Positions 1-9,998 are shown, counted from the stretch's first letter. The stretch is DNA of 64,000 nt from an uncultured Mucilaginibacter sp. (GCF_937859865.1 NZ_CALMAT010000092.1:46198-110197), one strand, 5' to 3'. The notes: generated by a model from the sequence alone, not told the origin. Numbers and translations: made by a program.

Positions 1-276
1 ATGACAAAAATGCTGGACCTTAAAATTTTTATTGATACCGAAGAAGAAGTGGCTTTGCACCGCCGCTTAAAACGCGACTTGCTGGAACGCGGCTACTCGG
101 AAGAGGATGTTCGCTACAAATGGACCAACCACGTTTTGCCGGCTTATAAAGAATTTTTACTTCCATACAAACCAGTTTGCCATAAAATTGTGGTAAACAA
201 CACGCAGGTTGCGGAAGATATTATTCGGGTTACGCGGGAAATCTCGGAGGAGGTTAGGGAAAAGGTTTTGGTGTAG
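1..276 (+). CDS. udk: uridine kinase, C-terminal part (gene continues off the left edge)
   Basis: KIFIDTEEEVALHRRLKRDLLERGYSEEDV...LPYKP matches the conserved C-terminal half of uridine/cytidine kinases. The ATG at 1 is probably internal. Confidence 0.75.
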   Translation: MTKMLDLKIFIDTEEEVALHRRLKRDLLERGYSEEDVRYKWTNHVLPAYKEFLLPYKPVCHKIVVNNTQVAEDIIRVTREISEEVREKVLV

Positions 277-282
277 AATTGT

Positions 283-308
283 AATGCTTCTTTTATCCTA
301 TAAAAATT
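283..308 (-). repeat. dispersed ~26-nt motif (DRM), reverse orientation
   Basis: aatgcttcttttatcctataaaaatt; between convergent udk and the tlpA-like gene, abutting the latter's stop. Confidence 0.85.
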
Positions 309-1493
309 CTAAGATTTTTTTAATCTTGTTCTATTCAATCCCATAATTTTTTTGATACTATCAATGCTTACATCCCTGCCAATAAACCTGCCCTCGCTGT
401 TTACTAAATAATTTGACGGGATACTTTTTATAACAAAGTTGAGGATATTTTTCGAGTCCTCCTGTTCCTTCAGTTCACAGATGTTATACCAGGGCAACTG
501 GTCAATTTTTGATGCATGCTGCCACTTTTTTGGGTCCTCGTCAATAGAGACAGATACAATTTCAAGGCCTGATGCTTTGTATTGGTTGTACAACTGTTTA
601 AGCTCCGGCACCTGCTCCCGGCATGGGCCGCAATAGGATGCCCAAAAATCAATCAAAGTTATTTTGTTCTTCTTGTAATCAATGTTTAAAGGGTTGCCGT
701 TTACATCTTTCCCAGAAACAGCAGGGACTTGCGCTCCTACATAAATATTTTTGACTGATTGTAACAGTCCGTCTGCCTCATCGTACTCTTTTGACCTTTT
801 TACTTCCGGGCTTAGTTTGTCTAGTACGTTTTTATATAAGGCGTAATTCTCAAACAGATCAGAAAGCTTGGCGATCAAATAAGGGGTAACAACGGTTTTG
901 GGGTTAGCTTTAATAAATTGCTGGATGGCTGTACGGTAGGAAAGAGAAATTTTATTGTCCATCATAATTATCGTATCGCTATATGCATTATAAAGATGAA
1001 TTTTGTTGCTTGATAGGGCTTTGTCGGCCAGGTTTAAATACAGTTTCTTTTTATAAATTAAAGAATCTCTTATCAGTTGATATAAATTATTGTACTCGTT
1101 TAGTTTTGTTTGGTTATAAGAAGCAGATTGCAATTTGTATCTATTGTGTAACAAAGTTGATGGCCCATTTGCAGCAAACATATAATTTGCATTGTTTTCA
1201 ATATAAATTGGGCAAGGATGCATCCACCCTATCAAATGATTTATTGGTACTGGAAACTTGCAATTAAAATCTAATATATAAAAGCCGTTTTTAGGAACAG
1301 TTCCATGTAGTATAAACTTGTTGTCTTTTACAACAGTCGAATCATAAACCTCTGTATAATTATTGTTTGTTACCCTCACCAAAGTCCCGTTGGCACTATC
1401 CACCATGCCAACAATTGTAACTGTTGCACTTCTCTTACATGACAACAAAGAAATCATCAATGATAATATGATTAAAGTTGGAATTGCTTTCAT
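309..1493 (-). CDS. TlpA/ResA-like thioredoxin-fold thiol:disulfide oxidoreductase lipoprotein
   Basis: C-terminal WASYCGPCREQVPEL CxxC thioredoxin motif and N-terminal signal peptide with LLSC lipobox. The track ORF starts at a TTG (1502); the first ATG (1493) gives MKAIPTLII. Confidence 0.8.
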   Translation of the reverse strand: MKAIPTLIILSLMISLLSCKRSATVTIVGMVDSANGTLVRVTNNNYTEVYDSTVVKDNKFILHGTVPKNGFYILDFNCKFPVPINHLIGWMHPCPIYIENNANYMFAANGPSTLLHNRYKLQSASYNQTKLNEYNNLYQLIRDSLIYKKKLYLNLADKALSSNKIHLYNAYSDTIIMMDNKISLSYRTAIQQFIKANPKTVVTPYLIAKLSDLFENYALYKNVLDKLSPEVKRSKEYDEADGLLQSVKNIYVGAQVPAVSGKDVNGNPLNIDYKKNKITLIDFWASYCGPCREQVPELKQLYNQYKASGLEIVSVSIDEDPKKWQHASKIDQLPWYNICELKEQEDSKNILNFVIKSIPSNYLVNSEGRFIGRDVSIDSIKKIMGLNRTRLKKS

Positions 1494-1671
1494 GACAAAC
1501 AATTAATAAAAATTTTACAAAAACAGATGCAGTCCACACATTACTTTATGCCTTTTATAACTCTACAGTTTTTACAAAGAAAGGCTTATTGTTAAGTTTA
1601 ACAGGTTAAACGAATATACATTTATTGCAAGTTAAAACCTAAAGAATTAGATGCTATAAATCGAAAACAAC

Positions 1672-1697
1672 AATACTTCTTTTACCCCTATAAAATC
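1672..1697 (-). repeat. DRM, reverse orientation
   Basis: aatacttcttttacccctataaaatc; overlaps the stop codon of the gene at 1696. Confidence 0.8.
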
Positions 1698-2760
1698 ATC
1701 CAACCTTGCCCGCATAACAAATTTTGTGGATAAAGCCCAGCTTCTCCATTACGGCGGGTGTAATCACAAAAGGATAAAGATCAATATGCCCCATGCTGCG
1801 GTTGATGCTGTTCATGGCAAAACTCATGGGCAGCCAGGCAGCAATAATGTCGTTAAAATTAGGTGTTTCATAAGGTTCCTGCTTTACGTCCACATCCAAA
1901 TGGTCTTCCGATTTTGCGATTTGCGGATGCACACTTAAACCAAAAGCATAACCGGTTTGCAGTGTATCCATAATATGCAAATAATGCGCCCAGGTTTCGG
2001 CCCAGTCTTCCCAAGCGTGCGAACTGGCGTAAGAACTGATGAAACGGTTGTTCCAATCAGCAGGTGCGCTCTGGTCGTAGTGTTTTTGCAAAGCTTGGCC
2101 GTAATCTTCCCGGTCATCGCCAAACAAATTTCTAAACTCTTCTAAATAAACGGAATTGTCAATCAGCCTGTCCCAATAATAGTGGCCAACCTCATGCCGA
2201 AAATGGCCAATCAAAGTGCGGTAAGGTTCTTTCATGGCTTTACGCGATTTTTCGCGTTCCACGTCATCGGCTTCCACAATATTTAAAGTAATCAAACCAT
2301 TATCGTGCCCGGTTAAAATGCGCGGTTGTCCTTTTAAATCGGCCAGAAAATCAAAAGTCAAGCCTTTTTCCGCGTCTGTATTTTTGCTTATCAAAGGCAG
2401 TTTCATCTTTAATAAACTGTAAACTAAGCGGTGTTTGGCATTTTCGATGAGCAGCCATTGCCGCGCGGCTTCAGGCTTGCTCAAGTTTGGAATGGTGCTG
2501 TTTAAATCACAAGCCTCACAATACGGATTTGGACTGTCGTTTTTAACCAGCCAGTTGCAAACGCCAAACTGGTGGTTTAAGCAATAACGGTAGGTTTGGC
2601 CGGTTTTATCGTAGATGCTGTAAATACCGGTGCTGATGATAACTAAAGGATAAAGCTTTAAATCCTCCGCATCAAACCCCAACGGATAATTACATTGCAC
2701 ACAACTAATGTTTTCAAAATATAAGATTTGTTCGCAATGTGTACACTTAAAAATTTCCAT
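1696..2760 (-). CDS. putative zinc-binding metallopeptidase with N-terminal zinc ribbon
   Basis: N-terminal CxxC pairs (CTHCEQ, CVQCNY) and an HEVGHYYWD HExxH-type motif. Confidence 0.6.
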   Translation of the reverse strand: MEIFKCTHCEQILYFENISCVQCNYPLGFDAEDLKLYPLVIISTGIYSIYDKTGQTYRYCLNHQFGVCNWLVKNDSPNPYCEACDLNSTIPNLSKPEAARQWLLIENAKHRLVYSLLKMKLPLISKNTDAEKGLTFDFLADLKGQPRILTGHDNGLITLNIVEADDVEREKSRKAMKEPYRTLIGHFRHEVGHYYWDRLIDNSVYLEEFRNLFGDDREDYGQALQKHYDQSAPADWNNRFISSYASSHAWEDWAETWAHYLHIMDTLQTGYAFGLSVHPQIAKSEDHLDVDVKQEPYETPNFNDIIAAWLPMSFAMNSINRSMGHIDLYPFVITPAVMEKLGFIHKICYAGKVG

Positions 2761-2843
2761 TTAGTTTAAGCTGATCGTTTTGCTTCTACTAACCTCTTTT
2801 TAAAGTTTTTGATTTAAATAAAATAATCTTTAACTATTTGCTT

Positions 2844-2868
2844 AAAATTAGGTTGTAAAAGAAGTATT
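2844..2868 (+). repeat. DRM, forward orientation
   Basis: aaaattaggttgtaaaagaagtatt; 76 nt upstream of the TonB receptor ATG. Confidence 0.8.
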
Positions 2869-2943
2869 GCCTGCATTTGCCACAACTCCAGCCGTACCTT
2901 TTTAACAGCAAAACCAGTCCGGCAATTTCCTTTTGATAATTCT

Positions 2944-4995
2944 ATGTATAAAAATTTTATCTTTTTTATCCTCACTTTGCTATTTGCGGGTTCGGCTTCG
3001 GCACAAACCGATACTTCCAAAAACTTGCACGAAGTAACCATCAAAGCTTACCTTTCGCAACAACCACTGTTAACCGTTCCGGCAGCCGTTGGAACGCTAA
3101 ACGCGCAGCAATTACAAATGCAGTCCAGCTTTTCTTTAGTCACGGCGATGAATACCATTCCTGGTGTTCGGATGGAAGAACGTTCGCCGGGAAGTTACCG
3201 CTTGTCTATCCGCGGCAGTTTGCTGCGTTCGCCTTTTGGCATTAGAAACGTTAAGGTTTATATGGATGAATTTTCGCTGACTGATGCCGGCGGAAATACC
3301 TATCTCAATTTGCTCGATTTAAATGCCATCCAAAACATCACGGTTTTGCGCGGGCCTGACGGCAGTTTGTATGGCGCAAATTCCGGCGGTGTGGTTTTGA
3401 TTGACCCTTTTGGCGCGCGCCAGCAGCAAAGTACGGCTTCCGTTGGTTTTGATGCCGGATCTTACAACAGCTATCGCGAAAATATAGTGCTAAAAGAAGC
3501 ATCGAAAAATAACCAGCTCAACCTCAGCCAAAGCTGGCAGCATTCGGATGGTTACCGGCAAAACAGCGCGTTGACCCGGAAATTTATCCAGGCTGCTGAT
3601 AACTTTGCTTATTCGGCAAAAGGACAATTGAAAGCTTTGTTGCTTTATTCGGATCTGGATTATCAAACGCCCGGCGGCTTAACGCTTGCCCAATTTCTGC
3701 AAAAACCGGAAGCGGCACGGCCGGCAACGGCAACAATTCCGGGCGTGATAGAACAACATGCAGCCGTTTATAATAAAACTGTTTTTGGCGGAATTTCTAA
3801 CGAGGCTTTTTATCTGCCCAATTTAAAACATGTAGTTTCAGTTTATGGGATGCACACCAATTTTGATAACCCTTATATTACAAATGAGGAAGTTCGGTTG
3901 GAAAACACGGTTGGTTTACGGACTTATTTTGAACTAAGCGGCAAACCAAAAGAGAATTTTGACTGGAAATTTAACCTCGGCACAGAACTGCAGCAAACCC
4001 GATCCAACATCAACAATTACGACAACAATAAAGGGACGCGCGGCAATTTGCAGGCGGCCAGTAATATCCTCACCAAACAGTCTTTTTATTTTTCGCGCTT
4101 TGCAGCTACGCTTCTCAAAAAAATCCATGCCGAAGCAGCATTGAGTTTGAACAATTACCAGTATGATTTTACGGATGTTGGTTCTACCGCAGGCAACAAT
4201 AAATTTAAACCTGTGCTGATGCCGCGGCTGGCTTTATCGTACCAGGTCAGCAATAGTTTTGCCTGGCGCGCAACCGTTAGCCGCGGTTATTCTACACCTT
4301 CTACCGCCGAGGTGAGGCCAACCAGCAACATCATCAACAACAGTTTGCAGGCCGAAAAAGGTTGGAATTACGAGATCGGTTTCCGCAGACAAAACCAAAA
4401 CACGCGTTTTAATTTGGATGCTTCCGTGTTTTATTACCGCTTAAACAATGCCATCGTCCGCCGTTTAAACGATGACGGAACGGAATATTATTTAAATGCT
4501 GGCGGAACCAACCAGCTTGGTTTGGAAGCAAGGACAAGCTATCAGTTTATCCAACCAAACGGAACTGATTTTTTCAGAAGTTTGGAACTGAGCAATAGTT
4601 TGGCTTTGAGCAAGTTCCGCTTTCGGGATTATTTTAATGCAACAAATAATTATTCGGGAAATAAGCTAACAGGCGTACCAAATGTAGTTTCGGTAAGTCA
4701 GCTAACTATTAATTTTCCTGTCAAAATCTATTTCTTCGCGCAATATAACTACACTTCTAAACTTCCTTTAAATGATGAAAATACTGCTTTTGCTAATGCT
4801 TATCATTTAGTGCAATTAAAAACCGGCTGGAACAAAAACCTCAGCCAAAAAACAAGTTTGAATTTATATACCGGCATTGATAATATATTGAACCAGCATT
4901 ACAGTTTGGGCAACGATTTGAACGCTGTTGGAAATAGGTTTTATAATGCTGCGCCTTTGCGCAATTGGTTTGCGGGGGTTAATGTGCAGTTTTAA
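2944..4995 (+). CDS. TonB-dependent outer-membrane receptor
   Basis: Signal peptide, plug-domain motifs (NTIPGVRMEERSPGSYRLSIRG, VLRGPDGSLYGANSGGVV) and a C-terminal beta-barrel ending in aromatic F. Confidence 0.9.
   Translation: MYKNFIFFILTLLFAGSASAQTDTSKNLHEVTIKAYLSQQPLLTVPAAVGTLNAQQLQMQSSFSLVTAMNTIPGVRMEERSPGSYRLSIRGSLLRSPFGIRNVKVYMDEFSLTDAGGNTYLNLLDLNAIQNITVLRGPDGSLYGANSGGVVLIDPFGARQQQSTASVGFDAGSYNSYRENIVLKEASKNNQLNLSQSWQHSDGYRQNSALTRKFIQAADNFAYSAKGQLKALLLYSDLDYQTPGGLTLAQFLQKPEAARPATATIPGVIEQHAAVYNKTVFGGISNEAFYLPNLKHVVSVYGMHTNFDNPYITNEEVRLENTVGLRTYFELSGKPKENFDWKFNLGTELQQTRSNINNYDNNKGTRGNLQAASNILTKQSFYFSRFAATLLKKIHAEAALSLNNYQYDFTDVGSTAGNNKFKPVLMPRLALSYQVSNSFAWRATVSRGYSTPSTAEVRPTSNIINNSLQAEKGWNYEIGFRRQNQNTRFNLDASVFYYRLNNAIVRRLNDDGTEYYLNAGGTNQLGLEARTSYQFIQPNGTDFFRSLELSNSLALSKFRFRDYFNATNNYSGNKLTGVPNVVSVSQLTINFPVKIYFFAQYNYTSKLPLNDENTAFANAYHLVQLKTGWNKNLSQKTSLNLYTGIDNILNQHYSLGNDLNAVGNRFYNAAPLRNWFAGVNVQF
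3481..3504 (+). repeat. DRM core inside a CDS (TonB receptor)
   Basis: aatatagtgctaaaagaagcatcg encodes NIVLKEAS. Its 17 nt tgctaaaagaagcatcg are identical to 57850-57866. Confidence 0.7.
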
Positions 4996-5004
4996 ACAAA
5001 AAAG

Positions 5005-5038
5005 CGATACTGTTTTTATGCCGATAAAAACAGTATCG
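5005..5038. repeat. compact palindromic DRM pair (ACAG variant); hairpin between convergent genes
   Basis: cgatactgtttttat-gccg-ataaaaacagtatcg forms a 15-bp perfect stem. Confidence 0.9.
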
Positions 5039-5063
5039 CGTAATTGAATAAAAGAAGTTTTTC

Positions 5064-5558
5064 TTACTGTTTCACAAAATTATAAACTACGTAACCTGTT
5101 TTCCCGCCGTATTGCACAGGAGATTTTAACGTCATGGTGTTGGCCGTCATGGCAGTAATCAGCAAACGGTAACCATCTTCCACATTTTTTGGCTTGTCTT
5201 TATCAAACAACATTTTAAATTGAAACTCCGGCCCATTGGCACCATTGGCAAACGACCAGAAAATATTTTGCGTAAAACCAACTTGACAGCCGTTTTGCGT
5301 ATTGTTGATCATGAACGAACCGCTCCCGCTGTTGGTCAGTTTCCAGTTGCTGTTTTCAAAGCATTTATAAGGCGCAGTATTGAAAACAGACTGAACGGCA
5401 CCCGGCAGCAACCCTTCTAAAGTAACCGCACTGATTCCCCAATTACCCGAAATATTGCCACGCGAAATAGCATTCGGGTCCTTTTTCAAAGTGGAACAAG
5501 CGGAGAAAATTAAGGCAACCAGCATTACAGTTGCTGTTTTTAAAAAGGTCTTTTTCAT
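5064..5558 (-). CDS. lipocalin-like lipoprotein (hypothetical)
   Basis: MKKTFLKTATVMLVALIFSAC lipoprotein signal from the ATG at 5558. The 22-codon extension in the track ORF covers a repeat copy and is probably not translated. Confidence 0.5.
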   Translation of the reverse strand: MKKTFLKTATVMLVALIFSACSTLKKDPNAISRGNISGNWGISAVTLEGLLPGAVQSVFNTAPYKCFENSNWKLTNSGSGSFMINNTQNGCQVGFTQNIFWSFANGANGPEFQFKMLFDKDKPKNVEDGYRLLITAMTANTMTLKSPVQYGGKTGYVVYNFVKQ

Positions 5559-5593
5559 TTTGATTTTGTTTAGTAAACAGTTAACGCACAACC

Positions 5594-5620
5594 AATTTTT
5601 TTGTTGATAAAAGAAGCATT
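5594..5620 (+). repeat. DRM, forward
   Basis: aatttttttgttgataaaagaagcatt; in the 66-nt gap between the epimerase stop and the lipoprotein start. Confidence 0.8.
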
Positions 5621-5624
5621 GCAA

Positions 5625-6680
5625 TTACTTTTCGTTCCGGACGATCCAGGATTGATAAATCTCTTCAAAAACGGTTTGTAAGGATTTGGTGATTTGCCAG
5701 TTTGGATAATGGGACTTCATCTTCCGCAAATCGCTGTAATAACAAATATGATCGCCGATGCGGTTCGTGTCACTGTAAGTATATTGCATTTGCTTTCCGC
5801 TGATTTCAGAAATCATATCGAAAGCTTCTAAAATAGAACAAGTATTATCTTTTCCGCCGCCTAAATTATACACTTCGGCAATGCGCGGCGCTTTGATAAA
5901 TTCTTCGATAAAACGCGCCACATCATACGAATGGATGTTGTCCCGAACCTGTTTCCCCTTATAACCAAAAACGGTATAAGGCTTTTCTTCCAAATTGCAT
6001 TTGATGAGATAACTTAAAAAGCCGTGCAACTCAACTCCGGTATGGTTTGGCCCGGTCAAGCAACCACCACGCAAACAAGCGGTTGGCATGTTAAAATAAC
6101 GTCCGTATTCCTGCACCGAAATATCTGCCGAAACCTTGGAAGCGCCAAAAAGCGAATGTTTGGTTTGGTCTATGCGAAAATGCTCGGCAATGCCATGTTC
6201 AAAATCCGCGTCGGCATAATCCCAGCGCTTTTCCAGTTCTGTCATTTCGATTTCATTTGGCGCATCGCCATAAACTTTATTGGTGGACATGTGGACGAAC
6301 GGAATTTCGGTATTGTACCTTCTGGTCGCCTCCAACAAATTAAAAGTGCCAACGGCATTCGTGTCAAAATCATCAAACGGGATGGCCGCGGCACGGTCAT
6401 GACTTGGTTGTGCGGCAGTATGCACAATGGCATCTGGTTTAATGGTTTGGATAAGATCAATCACGCCGTTTCGGTTACGGATATCCAATTCGTGGTGGTG
6501 AAAATTGCTGATCTTGCTTCTCAAGCGGCTTTCGTTCCAGCGCGTATCGCCATTGGCGCCAAAAAAAACAGCGCGTTGGTTGTTATCAATGCCATGGATT
6601 TCCCAACCCAAATCTGCAAAATGGAGGCAAACTTCGGAACCAATTAAGCCGGAAGAACCGGTTACCAATAATTTTTTCAT
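5625..6680 (-). CDS. NAD-dependent epimerase/dehydratase (extended SDR, nucleotide-sugar modifying)
   Basis: [17 protein letters not shown] Rossmann motif and YGASKVSAD catalytic YxxxK. Adjacent to a nucleotide-sugar dehydrogenase gene. Confidence 0.85.
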   Translation of the reverse strand: MKKLLVTGSSGLIGSEVCLHFADLGWEIHGIDNNQRAVFFGANGDTRWNESRLRSKISNFHHHELDIRNRNGVIDLIQTIKPDAIVHTAAQPSHDRAAAIPFDDFDTNAVGTFNLLEATRRYNTEIPFVHMSTNKVYGDAPNEIEMTELEKRWDYADADFEHGIAEHFRIDQTKHSLFGASKVSADISVQEYGRYFNMPTACLRGGCLTGPNHTGVELHGFLSYLIKCNLEEKPYTVFGYKGKQVRDNIHSYDVARFIEEFIKAPRIAEVYNLGGGKDNTCSILEAFDMISEISGKQMQYTYSDTNRIGDHICYYSDLRKMKSHYPNWQITKSLQTVFEEIYQSWIVRNEK

Positions 6681-6706
6681 TCGATAAGTATCAGCTTTGT
6701 TGTATG

Positions 6707-6723
6707 AAATTTAGCAGTAAAAG
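6707..6723 (+). repeat. truncated DRM (left half only)
   Basis: aaatttagcagtaaaag, then diverges. Confidence 0.4.
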
Positions 6724-6743
6724 GTTTCAGAAAAAACACAGAT

Positions 6744-6770
6744 GTCGTCATGCCGAACTTGTTTCAGTAT
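6744..6770 (+). repeat. GTCATGCCGAACTTGTTTC-family repeat, single arm
   Basis: gtcgtcatgccgaacttgtttcagtat; related to 36218-36246 and 42009-42032. Confidence 0.6.
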
Positions 6771-8095
6771 TAAAGCCGGCCATCTGCAACGCCCGCTTCC
6801 AATGCTCCTTTTATATCATAAATAATAGCGCGCTGCTGGTTTTTCAGCTTGTTCAAATCCAACGATTGAAAATCCTGATGGGCCACGGCCAAAACAATTG
6901 CATCATAATTATTTTTCAATTGTTCGGATTGATTCAACGTTGCAAAACCATATTCCTGCTTCACTTCTTCCGGATCGGCCCAAGGATCAAAAACCGTTAA
7001 TTCGGTTTCAAACTCATTAAAAACTTTCACAATATCAATCACACGTGTGTTCCGAACATCGGGGCAATTCTCTTTAAAAGTAAAACCCAAAATTAAAACT
7101 TTGGCATTTTTTACCGGAATATCTTTTTTCACCATCAGCTTGATCACTTCCAAAGCAATGTAAGCGCCCATGCCGTCGTTTAAGCGGCGGCCTGCCAAAA
7201 TAATTTCGGGGTGATAACCAACTTCCTGCGCTTTTTGTGCCAGATAATAGGGGTCTATGCCGGTACAATGTCCGCCAACCAAACCCGGTTTAAACCTCAA
7301 AAAGTTCCATTTGGTGCTGGCCGCTTCCAAAACTTCGCCGGTATCAATGCCCATTAAATTAAAAATTTTGGCCAATTCGTTTACAAAAGCAATATTGATG
7401 TCGCGCTGCGAATTTTCAATCACTTTTGCAGCTTCGGCAACGCGGATGCTTGGCGCCAAATGCGTTCCGGCAGTTACGATAGATTGATATAATTCGTTAA
7501 CAAAAGCAGCAGCTTCGGGTGTAGAACCGGAAGTTATTTTTTTAATGTTAACCAGCATATGTTCTTTATCGCCGGGATTAATTCTCTCAGGAGAATATCC
7601 TGCAAAAAAATCCTGATTAAACGTTAAATCCGAAGTTGCTTCCAAAACCGGAACACATTCATCTTCAGTAACGCCGGGATAAACGGTGGATTCATAAATT
7701 ACCAGATCACCTTTTTTTAAAGCTTTGCCAACCAAAACCGATGCTTCTTTTATCAGCCTTAAATCAGGCCGATTATGTTTATCAGTCGGCGTTGGCACGG
7801 CAACAATAAAAACATTACAATCTGTTAGATGCTCTGCTTCCGGAGTACAAAAAAGTTTTCCATTGGGAGATAAAACCGCTTGCAAACGTTCCGCTTCCAC
7901 TTCGCGTGTGCGATCAAAACCAGTCAGCAAACCTTGTATTCGTTTGGCGTTTACATCAAAACCAACCACCTCATGTTTCGCTGCAAATTCTACCGCCAAC
8001 GGCAAACCGACGTAACCCAAACCGATAACTGCAATTTTAATTTGAGCTGGTTTTTGGTAAATGGAATCGAGTTTTGTAGAGTCAGTTTCGGGCAT
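6770..8095 (-). CDS. nucleotide-sugar dehydrogenase (UDP-glucose/GDP-mannose dehydrogenase family, TviB/WbpO-like)
   Basis: IAVIGLGYVGLPLAVEFA NAD-binding motif and GGHCTGIDPYY catalytic Cys region. The track start at 8116 is TTG; the first ATG is at 8095. Confidence 0.85.
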   Translation of the reverse strand: MPETDSTKLDSIYQKPAQIKIAVIGLGYVGLPLAVEFAAKHEVVGFDVNAKRIQGLLTGFDRTREVEAERLQAVLSPNGKLFCTPEAEHLTDCNVFIVAVPTPTDKHNRPDLRLIKEASVLVGKALKKGDLVIYESTVYPGVTEDECVPVLEATSDLTFNQDFFAGYSPERINPGDKEHMLVNIKKITSGSTPEAAAFVNELYQSIVTAGTHLAPSIRVAEAAKVIENSQRDINIAFVNELAKIFNLMGIDTGEVLEAASTKWNFLRFKPGLVGGHCTGIDPYYLAQKAQEVGYHPEIILAGRRLNDGMGAYIALEVIKLMVKKDIPVKNAKVLILGFTFKENCPDVRNTRVIDIVKVFNEFETELTVFDPWADPEEVKQEYGFATLNQSEQLKNNYDAIVLAVAHQDFQSLDLNKLKNQQRAIIYDIKGALEAGVADGRL

Positions 8096-8136
8096 TGATT
8101 TAGACAGATTGGGCAAATATATTAATTTAGGGACGC

Positions 8137-8163
8137 AAAAAATTATGTGGTAAAAACAGTATC
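8137..8163 (+). repeat. DRM, forward (ACAG variant)
   Basis: aaaaaattatgtggtaaaaacagtatc; between kdsD and the sugar dehydrogenase gene. Confidence 0.8.
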
Positions 8164-8174
8164 CGAAGAAAAAA

Positions 8175-9122
8175 TTAGGAATTGTAGATTTGATATACTC
8201 CTTTTACCATACATTTTTCAGCATCGCCAACCAAAATCGTGGCGATTTTTTTTTCGATCATCAGGTTTTCTGCTTCGCTGATAAACTCATCTTCGGCAAT
8301 AATAATGGGGTTTGGGTTGAAAATATCAGAGATTTTTAAGGTTGATGTATCCGGAAAACGCAGCAGGCCGCGCCGCAAATCGCCGTCGGTTAAAATGCCT
8401 TCTGCTTTTTCTTTGTTACCGATAATGACCAAACCCAAACGTCCGGCCGACATCAATAAAATTAGGTCGGTAAAAGAAGCATCGGATTTGATGAACGGCA
8501 AATTATCCGTCCGCATGAAATCTTTTACGCGCGTTACCAATTTCCGGCCTAAACTTCCGCCGGGATGAAAACGGGCAAAATCTTCCTGTAAAAAGTTGCG
8601 TGCTTCCATCAAAGCAATCGCCAAAGCATCGCCCAAAACCAACATAGCTGTGGTAGAAGAAGTTGGCGCAAGCAAAAGCGGACAAGCTTCCTGCGTAATC
8701 ATCAACTTTAAACAGCAATCGGCATTTTTGGCTAAAGTAGAATTTGGGTTGCCGGTAATACCGATAATTTTATTTTGATGCCATTTGAGGAAAGGGATAA
8801 TTTTAAGCACTTCATCTGTTTCGCCCGAAAAAGAGATCAAAATTAAAATATCGTGTTGGCTGATGATGCCCAAATCGCCGTGAAAAGCTTCACTCGGATG
8901 CAAAAAATAAGCCGGCGTGCCGGTGCTGGAAAGTGTGGCGACCATTTTTTTTCCGATCAAACCGGATTTGCCGATTCCGGAAACGATAACTTTTCCTTTT
9001 GAATTTAAAATCAGTTCTACAGCCTGGTCAAAAGCTCCATCTAATTGACTAATAACTTGTTGCAACGATTCGATTTCGGTTTGAAAAACGCGCCGGGCAA
9101 CTGCTAACCTGCTATTCTGCAT
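8175..9122 (-). CDS. kdsD: arabinose-5-phosphate isomerase (KpsF/GutQ family; SIS plus CBS domains)
   Basis: SIS motif VSGIGKSGLIGKKMVATLSSTGTP with C-terminal CBS pair. Overlaps kdsA by 11 nt. Confidence 0.85.
   Translation of the reverse strand: MQNSRLAVARRVFQTEIESLQQVISQLDGAFDQAVELILNSKGKVIVSGIGKSGLIGKKMVATLSSTGTPAYFLHPSEAFHGDLGIISQHDILILISFSGETDEVLKIIPFLKWHQNKIIGITGNPNSTLAKNADCCLKLMITQEACPLLLAPTSSTTAMLVLGDALAIALMEARNFLQEDFARFHPGGSLGRKLVTRVKDFMRTDNLPFIKSDASFTDLILLMSAGRLGLVIIGNKEKAEGILTDGDLRRGLLRFPDTSTLKISDIFNPNPIIIAEDEFISEAENLMIEKKIATILVGDAEKCMVKGVYQIYNS
8458..8483 (+). repeat. full-length DRM inside the kdsD CDS (antisense to the gene)
   Basis: aaaattaggtcggtaaaagaagcatc; read on the gene strand it encodes DASFTDLIL. 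Confidence 0.7.
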
Positions 9123-9894
9123 CGGCCAACTCCCTGATTAAGCTTTCCACATCGTTTAAATAAAGCATATTTGGCCCGTCGCTTAAAGCATGGTCCGGAT
9201 CGGGATGCGCTTCCATAAAATACCCGTTTGCACCAAATGCTTTTGCCGCCCGCGCCATGGAAGGAACAAACTTGCGGTCGCCGCCGGTTTTGCCTCCTGC
9301 ACCACCCGGCCGTTGAACAGAATGCGTGCAATCCATACAAACCGGATGGCCAAAAGCTTTCATATCGTCCAAATTCCTAAAATCAACCACCAAATTATTA
9401 TAGCCAAAAGAGTTGCCACGTTCGGTTAAAATGATCTGGTTATTGCCCGCTTCCGCTACTTTTTGTGCCGGATAAAACATATCCTGACCTGACAGAAACT
9501 GTGCTTTTTTGATGTTCACAATTTTACCGGTTTCAGCAGCAGCAACCAAAAGATCGGTTTGGCGACAAAGGAAAGCGGGAATTTGCAAAACATCCACCAC
9601 TTCGGCAGCAATTTTAGCCTGAAAAGGTTCATGGATATCGGTGGTAATCGGCAAACCAAATTCTGCTTTTACGGCCTGCAACATTTCCATCCCTTTTTCT
9701 ATTCCCGGCCCGCGGTAAGATTTGATAGACGTGCGGTTGGCTTTATCAAAAGACGATTTAAAAATGATGGTTACACCTAATTTTTCGCGGATAGCAACCA
9801 GTTTTTCTGCCACTAAAAACAGCAGTTCGCGGTTTTCCATTACGCATGGGCCAACAATAAAAAAGGGTTTGGTTTGGAGGAGGTTGTAATCCAT
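9112..9894 (-). CDS. kdsA: 3-deoxy-8-phosphooctulonate (KDO-8-P) synthase
   Basis: Full-length similarity to KdsA (FKSSFDKANRTS, LQIPAFLCRQTDL, TERG). Confidence 0.9.
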   Translation of the reverse strand: MDYNLLQTKPFFIVGPCVMENRELLFLVAEKLVAIREKLGVTIIFKSSFDKANRTSIKSYRGPGIEKGMEMLQAVKAEFGLPITTDIHEPFQAKIAAEVVDVLQIPAFLCRQTDLLVAAAETGKIVNIKKAQFLSGQDMFYPAQKVAEAGNNQIILTERGNSFGYNNLVVDFRNLDDMKAFGHPVCMDCTHSVQRPGGAGGKTGGDRKFVPSMARAAKAFGANGYFMEAHPDPDHALSDGPNMLYLNDVESLIRELADAE

Positions 9895-9960
9895 CGGAAT
9901 AATATTAGAAAAGCCAAAGATAGATTATTGCGGTAAAAGATTCAGTTGGTAGTTTGAGTT

Positions 9961-9985
9961 GATACTTCTTTTATCGGTATAAATT
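9961..9985 (-). repeat. DRM, reverse; left arm of the motif-terminator-motif composite
   Basis: gatacttcttttatcggtataaatt. Confidence 0.9.
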
Positions 9986-9998
9986 ATGTGAAACAAAA

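Noticed and set aside
5559-5624. N-terminal extension MQCFFYQQKNWLCVNCLLNKIK of the lipoprotein ORF.
   Set aside because: It covers a motif copy and abuts the upstream stop. The ATG at 5558 yields a canonical lipoprotein signal peptide.
6024-6647. 207-aa plus-strand ORF, and similar long ORFs at 13157-13579, 26168-26656, 33716-34159, 51700-52122 and 34539-34919.
   Set aside because: All lie antisense to, or out of frame within, genes with strong family signatures (epimerase, sucB, PIN, RND, gap). Their products are low-complexity with no motifs, so they are shadow ORFs.
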